A stretch of 63,866 nt of DNA, counting the filler, from Guillardia theta CCMP2712 (taxonomy: Eukaryota; Protista; Cryptophyta): assembly GCF_000315625.1 (NCBI RefSeq). It is 4 parts of 4 records of this genome, joined end to end, with 100 filler letters (N's around TTAATTAATTAA, not from the genome) between each part and the next. Parts side by side here need not be neighbours in the genome. Positions count along the whole stretch, not along the records: positions 30,022 to 54,793 come from NW_005434667.1; 3 more parts are not named here. One strand, written 5' to 3'. The notes below the pieces were generated by a model. That model did no database searches and was not told the origin of the DNA. It saw only the letters and a program-made list of their open reading frames with translations. The position numbers and the translations under genes are program-made. Below are positions 30,265-41,777 of this stretch, piece after piece (the stretch's first letter is position 1; each line of letters begins with the position of its first letter).

Positions 30265-33200
30265 TCGACTGGAGGCATTTCTTGTCTGGGGATGAAGCAG
30301 CGAGCTAAGTTTCAGTCCGGCTCAACGGTCAACATGTGCTTGTCGCCCAGCTCAAGGTGAAAAGCTGCTGGTGGAAGAGATTGATAAACGAGACGGGGAA
30401 GGGGGAGGGAGGGCGAAGAGGGGGAGAGAAGAGGGGAAACAAGAAGGGGGAAGCGTGAGGGAGGTAGGAGGAAAGGAGGAAGGGAACGAGGAGTGGCAGG
30501 AGGAGGAGGGCAAGGATCTTGACATGATCTACTCTATAGTGAGAGAGATCCTCTTGTGCGAGAAGACTTTCGTGTGGAGCTTTATCACAACGTGTGCAAG
30601 GGCACCACCGCTGAGCAGGCGATTTTCTTCCTCTGCTTGCACACTGGAATGCCCGGCAACTCTCCTCTACGTTTCTTTCGCTCCTCGCTCGATGTCGGCG
30701 TCGCGTTCAAGAAAACTCTCAGCAGCTGCTTGACGACGATGCCTACATTGAGGTAGAACCTTTTCATCCTCCTCTCCTCTCCTCTCCTCTCCTCTCCTCT
30801 CCTCTCCTCTCCTCTCCTCTTCTCTCCTCTTCTCTCCTCTCCTCTCCTCTCCTTTTCTCTCCTTTTCTCTCCACTCTCCTCCCCATCCTCCTCTCCTCCT
30901 CTCCCCCTCCCCCTTCTCTTCTCCTCTTCATCCAGCTCTTTCCCCCTCTCGTCATTCTCGTTCCTGTCCAAACTGCTCTTCGTTGCATCTTTGATTCGCA
31001 TTCCTCTGGCGATAGTTTTTGCTTCCCTCTAATCAACGAGCAGATCTTCTATGAGGAGGTTGATCCTGCCAGTACCATGCCGCTGCTTCACCGCCACAAG
31101 AGCCTCCGCACGTGGTCGCTCCTGACAGGCTCCTCCGCCTCAGCCCCCTCGAGCTCGGCCCCTTCCATCACCTCCCAGGCATCTTTAACGTCTATCAACA
31201 ATGGGTGAGAGGAGGAGCGCGTGGGGAGGATCAAGTTTCATGGACACTAACGTGAAGCAGGATCACCAGAGCACATCACGAGGCAGAGAGAGCAGCAGCA
31301 GCAGCAGCTGGTGCTTCTGCTGCTTCGTCTGCTGCTGCTGCCGTCCCTTCAGAAAGTCCTCGTCGTGGGATGAGGAGGAGGTCGTTCTTGCAACGTCTGC
31401 TCTACTCCAGCGAGCCAGCAACTCCTTCCTTCGGCTCCACCAAGCGCTACATCGTCTTCAACGAGGACGTGGAGATGGTGATGGAGAAAGGAGGGTTTCC
31501 CTGCCCTCACTTGCTCCTTTTCCACTCGATACCATCACATTGTCTCGCTTCCGGCTGCTTCTCACCTCCTCCTGCCGTCATGGACGGACGATATTTTTTT
31601 GCCGTGTTTCGTTGCACTTTCCTCTTTCTTCTCCTCTCTTCTCCTCTCTTCTCCTCTCTCCTCTCTCCTCTCTCCTCTCTCCTCTCTTCTCCGCTCCTCG
31701 CATATCTAGCTACTTCCCTCTGGCTGATTTCTGCGTGCAAGTGGATTACGTTGCGAACCAAGACTCGATGGTCTATACCCTGGACAAGGAGCACGTGCGG
31801 CGCGGGAAGCAGAAGATCCAAGGTGATGCTCCTCCTCCAGCACAGAGCGTCTCATTCTTCTTCCTCCAGGTCTCTTCCACTTCCTCGCCATCGTCTGCTC
31901 CTCCAAGCTATGGAGTAGCATCAGCCACCCCACGTCCCTCTCCCTCCTCCGCACCAACTTCAACACCAGCATGAGCTCCCTCGACAGATTCAGCTCTGGC
32001 GGCAGCTTTCAGACTGGCGGATCCTTGCGTTCCATCCCGCGCAAGAGTGACGAGGCTGTGCCAAGTCGGACAGGCCAGTGGCGAGCTCAGCTGATGACTT
32101 CCGAGGAGGAAGCGCAAGCACAGGACGAGGCCCAATCAGAGAGCTATATGATGCGGGTACCGGAGACTTCAGACACGTTCCAGAACCTTCCTTCTCATGA
32201 AGTCCTCCTCTTCTCGTGGGACTGCAAAGCAGAAGGAAGGCTGCGAGGATCGGGCGTGGTCAAAGTCACCCAGGTATCCCAACTCCATCACCATCCCTTC
32301 TCTTGGCCAGCACGCGCACTTTTCCTCTTCCTTCTCTTATTCAATGTTCATGCCCCTTGATACCATCCTTTCCTCTCCCTCTCCCTCTCGTATCTCCTCT
32401 CCTCTTTTCTTTCCTTTTCAGCTTCTTTGTGATCTTCTTGACTTGTGCTCCTTCGATTGTGACTTTCCGCTCAGAGTTATTTCGTTTTCGAGGCAAAAAC
32501 CTGCTTTGGGAGAAGCGGCTTGGTACGGTTGGACATGCTCAACATTTTCTCCTCCATAGAAAACTCGGCAGAGAGTGTGCTTGTCGTCTCTTTCTCTTTC
32601 CAGTAAGTTTGTCATGAACTCCCTTTCTCCTGCACTCTCTCTTCGAATGTTTTGCTGCTCCAAATCCTTCTATCCTTGTGACTTGTCTTCAGAACTCCTG
32701 GCAAGCACTTGGGAACAGACAAGGACATTGCACTGCTGACCTTCAACACGCAAGACGAGTACCAGGGTTGTCTCCGTGTTCTCCTTCGACTCAAAGAATT
32801 CTTCGGGGAGCCGCTAGTCTTCAACTCGCCCCTGCCTGCCAAGCCCGGGGAGGTGGGGGCCATGCAGTCCTTCCCCGAGCTCTTCGGCGAGCTCTCGGAG
32901 GTGCGGGAGGTGGAGACGGTTAGGAGGGGAAGGATCGTAGTGAAGAGGAGGGATCGCTCATTCGAACGGTAAGGCTGCGGACGTGAGGAAAAGAGTCCCT
33001 GGCTCACTCGCCGGTGCAGATTGTGCTGTGTGATGGAGGGAAGCGCAGTCGAGATTGTACATGGGCAAGTGACGCGACGGGCAGAGGTCGGCGACTTGCT
33101 GTTCCTTATCGACTTCCTGCAGCATTTCACTGCAAACCAGGTGAAGTAGCCTGCTCCTCTCATCGCTCCCTCTCTTCCTCTTGAGTCCTTTTGATCCTCA

Positions 33201-33536
33201 CGTACTCGCAGGCGAGCACCTACGCGTCCAACGATTGCAAGCAGCTTGTGCTTGCGCTGGTTCCCTTTGAAAAGGTGAGGGCAAGGCTGGACAGCGACGC
33301 AGACTTCTCGTCGAGGTTCTATGAGTACAGGTCTGCTCCCCCTCCCCTCCTACTTCTCCTTCGCCTCGCCCACCCCCCACCTCCATCCCCCAAACTGACA
33401 TTACACATGTAACGTCAGCGCGCGAGTGCTGGCACTGGAGCTCTACAGGTACGGGCCGGAGACTCCGGTGAAGAACTTGAAGCTGTTTCACTTCCTCCGT
33501 GGCAACAGCACCACCTTCGATAGCGATGCCGTTTGA
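30265..33536 (+). CDS. Multi-exon protein with tensin/PTEN-type C2-like, GRAM-like and cyclic-nucleotide-binding-like domains; 5' part missing
   Basis: C2-like: VREDFRVELYH...AIFFLCLHTG...LRFFRSSLD. GRAM-like: FQNLPSHEVLLFSWDCK...GVVKVTQSYFVFEAK. cNMP-like: VRRGRIVVKRRDRSFERLCCVMEGSAVE...AEVGDLLF. Stop at 33534-33536. Confidence 0.65.
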
Positions 33537-33547
33537 GTCTGGTACGA

Positions 33548-33636
33548 GGGGCAGGAACTTGTGAATAGATAATGGGGCAGGAACTTGTGAAGTGATGGGG
33601 GTCAGAAACTTGTGAAGTGATGGGGGTCAGGAACTT
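33548..33636. repeat. ~24-bp tandem repeat (about 4 copies) between convergent 3' ends
   Basis: GGGG(T)CAGGAACTTGTGAAGTGAT-like units seen directly. Confidence 0.85.
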
Positions 33637-33657
33637 ATGTCATAGAATGTTGAAGAT

Positions 33658-34392
33658 TTAGAGAAACTTGAAGAGAGAAGCTGCGAGATCTCGTTGGTCC
33701 TCCCACACAACAACACGCGGCACTGCTATCCCCTCCTCTTCTGCTCGAACTAAGCGGCGGTGAAGGCCCCAGTCCTTTCTCACCAGCGCTGTCCCTTCCT
33801 TAGGCAGCGCATTAACGCCCTCGTAGTCGCCCTCGCCATCCCCGCAGTAGACAACGGAGTGCCACTCCCTCTCCGAGATCCAATCCTTCATCACTCGCCC
33901 CTTGCACAGGTTGGGAGGAGAGGAGGATCCCTCCGGATGCTCGTCCTGGTGGAAAGGAGACACCACGATCCTCTCTCCTTGCAACGTCACAGGGTTAGTG
34001 ACTATGCGAGAGAAGCAGCCAAGCAGCCCCTTTGACTGCAGGACCCCCTCGATGAAAAACGAGTTCGCATCACTGAGAACACGGAGATCTATGCCCGCCT
34101 GTGCTGCCTCCTCCACGAAGCGCAAAAGCTCTGCCTCGATGGGGATGGTGGCAAGAAAGTCTTGGATGTCCTTGGACTTAACGTCGAGCTCACTGATCGC
34201 CTTTAGCTCCTCGTCCATGCCTCTCGTCCAGCTCCTCGTGGCGGCTGCTTCCTGCAGTCTCTTCTTTGAGATTTCTTTGTCAGCACAGAACTTGAACACA
34301 ACTTCAGTGTCAGAGTTGCACTCGATCATGGTCCAGTCGAAATCAAACACAACAAGTTGTCTGCGAGCAGCATTCTGCTCGCCTTCGTTCAT
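33658..34392 (-). CDS. PHOSPHO1/PHOSPHO2-like HAD phosphatase (pyridoxal-phosphate/phosphoethanolamine/pyrophosphate phosphatase family), intronless
   Basis: HAD motif I VFDFDWT, motif II VLSDANSFFI, NLCKG, and motif IV YCGDGEGD. Confidence 0.92.
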   Translation of the reverse strand: MNEGEQNAARRQLVVFDFDWTMIECNSDTEVVFKFCADKEISKKRLQEAAATRSWTRGMDEELKAISELDVKSKDIQDFLATIPIEAELLRFVEEAAQAGIDLRVLSDANSFFIEGVLQSKGLLGCFSRIVTNPVTLQGERIVVSPFHQDEHPEGSSSPPNLCKGRVMKDWISEREWHSVVYCGDGEGDYEGVNALPKEGTALVRKDWGLHRRLVRAEEEGIAVPRVVVWEDQRDLAASLFKFL

Positions 34393-35493
34393 GTTCAGAC
34401 GGTCTCCCGTCACGTCAGAGCTGCATACTGTTCGCGTAGAGGTTTGCAAGCGCGCTGCGATGCTGCGGGCAGCGCCGTAACTACAAGCTTGTGAGGTCTG
34501 GGAGGTGCTGCTCCGTGCTGCTCCTGGTGCTACTACACTTATTACTCAGCAATAGGTGTAGGGGTACTTCTCATGGAATTTGATGAGGGTGAAGGGGTGG
34601 TGGGGTAGGCTCGTGCTGTAGAGGGGTGGGGGGGGGGTGTAGCCCTTGGTCAAGAGCTGTAGGGGGTTGAAGGGAAGGGGCAAAGCTCACGGAGGGGGGG
34701 ACGGGAGGCCCTAGCTTGAGGGGGTAGGGGTGGGTGCTATTGAGGTGGACAGTGTCCAGGAGGTAGGTAGTGGACGGGCTCAATTAATCTTAGATACAAT
34801 TTAATGGTACAAAAAGGAAGTTATACTCTTCTATATAATTACTTTTACTTGAAGATTTGAATATGAAACCCCCAGAAAGATATATAATTTTGTGATGGAA
34901 GGAGACCACACAGTAGCAGAGTTATTTTATAAATATGACAAATGGTAATAAATTGTCGTATAATTAAAAAGCGTTTTTATATTTGCAATAAGTTGTAGAT
35001 CTAGTTTTTAACCTACAAGGAATTTAATTCAAACCTCCCGCCCGCCAATGCACCCTCACCCGCAACATCCTCGATCAGATTTCCATGCGCTTAGTCCGCT
35101 TGATCCTGATATTCTCTATCTTCTCATCTTGTCGTGTGTGTGTCGAAATGATCTTGGATCCATTTACATGTCTCAATACTGATTCTCTGCATGTTTTCGA
35201 CCATGAGTCATCATAATTTGTAAACTCGTGTTCTGAACATGAGTATTCTGCTTTCATGCTTGATTCAATTTGCTGAAGCTTGAATTGTGTTCATTTTTGA
35301 TGAAAGATGAAGTATTTTTGTGCAAATCATTAATCTCTTTGAGTCTTTTCTAGGAGATTGCACGCGTGATTTGCTTTCGTTTGATGATTGGTTTCGAAAA
35401 TACATCTTGATTTTCAGTGTATATCGGCAGCTTGTTGATTTTTCGTTTACTGCTTGACCTCTGAAATCTTCAGCAGATTGTTGAAAGATTAGA

Positions 35494-36521
35494 ATGCCCG
35501 AATCTGTTGTTATCGAAGTCCCAGTGAAATCTCCTGTCCAGGGGACAAAATCCCCTGCTCAAGTCAGACTGGAGTCGCGTGCAAACGAGCCCAGAAGTCC
35601 CCTTAGTCCAGCAGCTTTGAAGCAAAATCTGGAGAATGCTGAGCTTAACCGCAAGGTTGGTTTATTCTCTCTTTGCATGGCTTCTCATTTTGTTTCCAGA
35701 ACCTGCTCATGGCAAGAGCTGAGAAATGCAGGGACAACTACTCGAAGGCGAAGGAGGTCTCAATCACACAGAAAGAAGCGTTTAATGAGAAGACGAACCT
35801 TCAGGCAGAGAGCATCCAAAACAGACTTGTAAGCAGCATCTTTTCTCTCAGCGTCGCTCAATTGTTTGCAGGCTGTTGCAGAAGCCAACCGGTTGGCTCA
35901 GACTGAGAAGTGCCTTGAGCAAACCAAAGCTATGAACCAGAGGGTTCAAGAGGCTCAGAAGAAGCGAGAGGAGCAGATCGCATCGGAAAAAGAAGAGCTG
36001 GATAAGAGCGTCTCCTCCTCCAAGGAGCGTCTTTCGGCTGCTGAGGAGAGACGAACCAGCATGCTTCGCGAGGCTCAGGAGAAGGCAGCGGCGGAAGTTG
36101 CCAAGGTCTGTGTGCGTGAGAATAAGATGCTACCATGATGGGGTGTTGGCTTTGATGAACGGTGTTGGTTGGGACGATAGGGTGTTGATTGTGATGGAAG
36201 GGTGATGACTGGTGTTGTTAGGCGAAAGAGCTCGCAGCCAAGAAGCAGCAATCGCTGCAGGACATGGACGAGAAGATCAAAGAGAAGCTGTCAGCAGCTG
36301 AAGACAGGCGCAACATTATTCTCTCGGAACAGAAGGAGAAGGCAGCTGCTGCCTACATCCACGCCAAGGATGTCTCTGCTCAACAGCAGGCCAAGGAGAC
36401 TCAGCTTCGAGATGACCTCGAGAACAAAATTCAAGCGAAACTTGCGGAAGCTGAGAACCGCAGACTTTCGGGATCTCCAGCGAAGTTTGCCAAGGCTAAG
36501 GCAGATGAGTCCATTAATTAA
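35494..36521 (+). CDS. Coiled-coil protein with stathmin-like repeats, 4 exons
   Basis: SP-rich N-terminus and repeated LENAELNRK / RLSAAEERR / KLSAAEDRR / KLAEAENRR motifs, with GT-AG introns. Confidence 0.65.
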
Positions 36522-36758
36522 GCATGCCGGGATCAGAAGCTGCATGAGAGGTTCTATTGACACCCTCAGTGCGTCTTGTGAGATTATTAGATGATGCACT
36601 CATGAAAGTCGGTTGCACCTTTCTTCTCATGACTCAAGTGTGAATCTTAATCCATCTATTTCATGGTTATAATCTGTGTTAACGTTGAATAAACTTGGTG
36701 TACAAACTAGCTCACCTCCTTTAATTTCCTTGTGACACCCTCACCAATCTCTCTTCCC

Positions 36759-37285
36759 CTACCAGGAGTCGCCCCCGTTGGCATCTGCTGCAGCACTGAC
36801 CATACTCATCAGTGACAAAGCAAGCGATGCGAAGGCGAACCTGTACTGCTTGTGCGCACTGCCATAGAGACCTTTGATAGTCGATAGCGGCATGTTCACA
36901 GACGAGTGATGAAACGCTCGCATGTGCACAGACTGGCCGCCCCCGCATGACTGCAAAGGACGTCATTTCCCGTCTCGCGATAGTACTACTACGTGATTTC
37001 AACACTGCAACTGGAAGAGAGGGGAGAAAGCATTGAGTGCATAACAAGAGCATCGCAGTACATAGAAATGAAGAGCACTAGAGCATTCAAGGTAGATGAG
37101 CATTGCAGGTAGATGAGCATTTCAGATAGATGAGCATCGAAGGTGAATGAGAAATGTTTCGCCACAATGTTGTTTTCTCGACTGAAATTGCAAGTCAAGT
37201 GCACACATTGGGCCTTACATTCCCATAGGGTCCACAGGCGTGAATGAGATGCTTGCGATTCTTGGCAGCAGTGTGAAGCCCCATG
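36759..37285 (-). CDS. Possible small spliced protein with a hydrophobic presequence
   Basis: ATG near 37285, a GTAAGG donor, then FLCTAMLLLCTQCFLP (signal-like + F). No recognisable domain. Confidence 0.25.
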
Positions 37286-38154
37286 GTTTTCGAAGAGCCT
37301 GATGCAACCACGCCAAGTTATCAAGCCGCCCCGATCTCAACTGTCCAACTCTGTTCTCATTCCTGATACACAGCAAATCTCAAACTATAAACATGTCCCT
37401 GATTTCTTCTGTAAAGTTCGTCCTCGTCCTCGTCCTCGTCCTCGCGATTCTAGTTCCTTTCCTGATTCTCGCCATCGTTTGATTTCTCGCTGCTCTCATT
37501 CAAAACTCCCTTCGCCTCCTCGAAATGCTTTTCACAACAACCATGCCACACCCGTTAGTACCCTCCCCCCAAACCCTCGCCTTCTCTACTACCTCCCCGC
37601 TGTTACCGTGACCCCCTGTTTTCCTTGAAATTTAAGGGAAAGACGGGGGAGAATCGATAAAATATCCAAGGGGGTAGGGTGGTCTCCAACGATTGTTGGG
37701 TAAGGGTAGGGTAGACGCTGAAGTGTCGCGATGGCGATAGGCCGATGGGCGGCAGCGGGGCTGGGCATGCTGGCGATGGCGATGCTGCTGGTAAGTCATC
37801 GAGAAGACGAGCTTGAAGGAAGAGCAAGGAGAAATGAATGACGGGTAGAGCATGAGAAAGACCTAGATACCGAAGGACACAGTGAGAGGAATATAAACAT
37901 AATATGGTGTGAAGTAGTGCGAGCAATAGCACGGTGAGGGGCAGGAATATAAGCAGAGAAGATTGTAATGAGTAGAAGAAAGACACATGAAGGTTGAAGG
38001 GATGTGCAAACGGTTGTGACACGCTTGAAAATGTGTGTGGGGGTTGAATCTCAATGCATTTTGTTCAAACATGATTCAACCGACTGCATCGCTGCATGTC
38101 TACTTCGATATGGTGTAGGCTTGTTCTGATTAGCTGAAGCACAAATATCTTTCT

Positions 38155-38862
38155 TTGTATTGTGTGTTCTGTGCGGTCGCTGGCTCATGCTCTGGGCAGA
38201 CGTCCACGAAGAAAATTGTTCTCGAGCAAGAGATCGGCGAGTATGGGACAGGCTTGAACAACCAGCAAAGTTTGAATGCAGACAACCTCTATGAGAACAC
38301 GTTTCAAGATGATCCAGGGCACATTTCAAGGGCTGAGATCAGGTTCAACGCTGCTCTCAAGGCTGCAGGTGGCGAAGGTGGACAGCCTCTTGCTCAGGCG
38401 AGAGCTCCGCTTGCTGCTGCTCCCTCCTCGGGCTCTGGCTGGGCTGCTTATCCGGTGTTGAGCAGGAAGCGCAAGGCGCAGGGAGTCACAGTCAACATAG
38501 TGGAGGGGAAGAGGGGAAGGGAGGAACATCGCCATGGCATGTCCGCGTCTGAGGCGCGGGGTGACCTCGAGAGCTATTTCTCTTCCCTCGGCAACCAACT
38601 GAAGGCGCAGGAGAGGAAACATGCCCAGCAGATCTTGAACTCGCTCTCCTCATCTTCTTCTTCAACCTCCTCCTCCTCCTCCTCAGATGCTTCCAGAGAG
38701 CAAGGGTCTGGTGGGGTTCCCAGACAGGAGAGAACGGATCAGAAACTCTCGGCGCTCATGAAGTTGGTGGAGAAAGCGGCTCACTCGCAGAAATTTCAGC
38801 GGGCGCTGGTCGGTGCGTCCAAGGGAAAGTTCAGACAATCCCTTGTGGGTGATTTCGAGTGA
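38155..38862 (+). CDS. Hypothetical protein, possibly secreted (true start probably in an upstream exon)
   Basis: 235-codon open frame with plausible composition; VFCAVAGSCSG resembles the end of a signal peptide. Confidence 0.55.
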   Translation: MYCVFCAVAGSCSGQTSTKKIVLEQEIGEYGTGLNNQQSLNADNLYENTFQDDPGHISRAEIRFNAALKAAGGEGGQPLAQARAPLAAAPSSGSGWAAYPVLSRKRKAQGVTVNIVEGKRGREEHRHGMSASEARGDLESYFSSLGNQLKAQERKHAQQILNSLSSSSSSTSSSSSSDASREQGSGGVPRQERTDQKLSALMKLVEKAAHSQKFQRALVGASKGKFRQSLVGDFE

Positions 38863-38955
38863 AGGGCATGGTTTGCCGCCTTTAAGCGTTAGTTTTTGGT
38901 GAGGAGAGGAAGGGATCAGGGATGTGTTTGTAAGTTTCATGAACAGCTGAGACTG

Positions 38956-41777
38956 TTAAAAGAGGATGGAGGGCATGATGGCATTGTCGAGGCTGAGCTC
39001 CCGCATCTTCACGTCCTGAACGATCTTCTCGTGCCTGCACACATGCCACACTCGCCTCATGCCCTTAGTCTCTATCTGGATGACAAGGCCGCTGCCATAC
39101 GTGTCTTGAGGGGAGCAGTGCAGATCAGGAAGATGAGGATAGTGCAGATCATTCTCCTCCACCACAATGATGGCTGCGATCACCTGCTGTATTCAAGGTC
39201 AGGCTGAAAGAGAAGTTGTGAAATAAAGGATGTGTGCAAGGTGAGCGAGGAAAATATTAGGATAGGGGAGAGGGAAGCCGCTGGAGAGGAGCTACATCAA
39301 CCTTCTTCTCGCGCGAAAAATTCTTGAGGAAGCGAGCGCACTGCGCATGTAGACTTGAGCTGCGGAAACCATGGGAAATGCCGACAGAGGAAGAGATCCG
39401 AGTCGAGACGTCTGATGAGCTTTGATGAAGGAAGTAGGCGACTGACTTGTGCTGATTTTCACGAAAGAATTTCATGCACGCAATCTTGAAGCCCTCGAGG
39501 ATGAAGAGATTGACGGCTCCTTTGTCGTTCACATCCTGCTCGTCCTCAGCGTACCTCCTTTCCTCTCCATGCTCTCCAATCATGTCAAAGTCGTCCTCCA
39601 TGCTCTTCGGACTCTGGACCCTTCTCGAAGGAGCCTCATCTTCGCGGTCTCGTCGCTTGCTCTTGGACTTCTTTGACTTTTTCTTCTTCGAGTCCTTCTT
39701 GTGCTTCCTGTCCTTCAGTATTTGTTGAGATTCGCCATCCTCCGCCATCCTGACATCCTCATCATCATCTCTTCTCTCCTCATCTTCTTTCCTTGCCATG
39801 GCCGGGATAACTCCGTCGGTTTCCTCCAGGCTGTCATCCGCGTGTGTCTCCTGCTTGTCTCCTTCTTTGCGATGCAGTTTGATTCGAATCACATGGTGGG
39901 CTGGTACTTCTTCACTTTCATCCTCAGGTTGCTTTGCCACCTCCTCACTCCCTCCATTCTCTGCTTGTCCCTCGACTTCACTTGACTGTCCTGCTGCATG
40001 AGGAAGCTCCACCTCCTTGGCTTCGTCAGAGTCCGACCTGGCAGATCTCGAAGAGTCGCTCTTATTGTCTTTCTTGGGCTTCTTGTTCGCCCGGCTCTCA
40101 GTCTCGTCGTCTGGTTCGGTCTTGACAGCTTGTTGAGATTCTGGTGCTGTTTCGGAAGCATGCGACCTTGTCCTGGTCTTAGACGGTTCACTAGGATAAG
40201 GTTGTTGATCCCTCTGACTCTGCTCTTTGTGCAGTTGATCTCGATGATTATTATGATCTTTGGTCCTCAGCGAGTGGTTCGAATTCACTTCTGCCGGTCT
40301 TGCTGGTTTTTTGGGGGCCGGCTCATCGAAAGTGAAGAAGTTTGGAAGCTTGCAATGTCTTTTCGTCCCCTCCTCCACGATGATCTTCTTGGAGTTCCTG
40401 ATGTCTTCCTGCAGAGCTGCTAGTTCGGCGCTTCCTGGTCGGTTGTGCTTCTTCTTCGTTTCGCGTGGTTCTTGAGAAGCAGACTCGGTAACGTTGCTTC
40501 CTGAGGGGTTCTCTGTGCGCTGTAAGCTGCTCTGAATACCACTGGGAGATTTTCCTTCTACTTCTCTCTCGTACGAGCGATCTCGATTCTGATCTGCGGG
40601 TAGCTTCCTCTGCCTTTCCTCTTTGATTGGCTTGTCGTCCAAACCGTCTTCATGTCCACTCCTCGAGCTTTTATCACCTCCTATGGTAGTGAGCTTCATC
40701 TTGGCTTCTTCCGGCGATCTCGATCGCACGTTCCCGTCAAGGTCGAAATACGTTCGTCTTGCAGTATCAGACGAGCGGCAGGCGCTGGGGTAGGGGAAGT
40801 TCCTGATCCATAACTCGATTTGACGTCGCAGCTCATCTGCTAGCAGAGGACAATTGAAGGTAGATACTCTCTTCTTGCTCGGGTCCCACGTCCTGTAAGA
40901 AAACAGCTGATCATTCATCCACTCAAAGTTTGCATCTGGTCTCTCCCAGCCGAAGCAGCAGCTGCACTTGCCCATGATTAGCCTCCCATCGATCTTATCG
41001 CGATGAAGGGACACGAAAACCTCGTGAGTCCAGTCAACATCGCCACAAGATCTCAAGACATGCTTGGGAAGTTCTCCTGGTTTGTAGAACCATCGCACAC
41101 TAACCATAGGTCCGTCATCGTCCACGTCATCAATCTCGTCGCTCAGTTTTCCCCTGTATGGCTCCATGAGTTGGGCAACCCAACAGACCTCGTCAGGCCC
41201 CTCGATCAGTACAAAATCTCCCTCACAAAAATCCACCACTTGAGATTTACTTTGTGGCCGACCACTCTCCTGAGTCTTACAGAGGCTCCTCAAGAAGGAG
41301 ATCGAAAGACTCTCTGTCGAGATCTTGTTGACGTCGTCCAGAGACACTTTGTGAATTTGTCCTTTCACTCTTCCATCAGCGAATTGAATTCTGCAAAAAT
41401 CCTCGCACGTCACTTCTTTCACCAGTCCTTCGAAAAATAGATCTGAACGGGTAGATCTGTGGAGGGCCAAGACCGTCGACCCAACCTACAGGAAGACCTG
41501 AGTACAAGCATTGCTGAGCACATACCAGCACCTTAGGGGGTTTATCGTACGGTTGCGACTGTCGTCGAAGATGACTTGCTTCAACCCACTCTTCCTCATC
41601 TGGGAAATCTCGCGCCTGCAGCGAAGGTGTAGTCAGGATTAAAAGAATCTGAGTGAAGTTGTGGACCTGAACTAGAAACCTGTCTCTTGACGGGTCGGCC
41701 GCTCTCATCTTTATATCATACCAAGCGCCATCAGAAAATTGAGCTTCAAGCTCGTGGCCCTCAAAAGTTTCTTCCAT
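38956..41777 (-). CDS. Chromatin-reader-like protein: SAWADEE/tandem Tudor-like + BAH domain + long disordered region
   Basis: LEAQFSDGAWYDI...FPDEEEWVEASHLRRQSQP...VGSTVLAL...DLFFEGLV (SAWADEE-like) and EGDFVLIEG...WVAQL...VSVRWFYKPGEL...HEVFVSLHRDKIDGRLIMGKC (BAH). A basic NLS-like tract KKDSKKKKSKKSKSKRR is present. Confidence 0.82.

Noticed and set aside
34800-34813. 14-bp match TTTAATGGTACAAA to the reverse complement of 58354-58367
   Set aside because: A single AT-rich 14-mer match is expected by chance in a window this size, and the flanks do not align.
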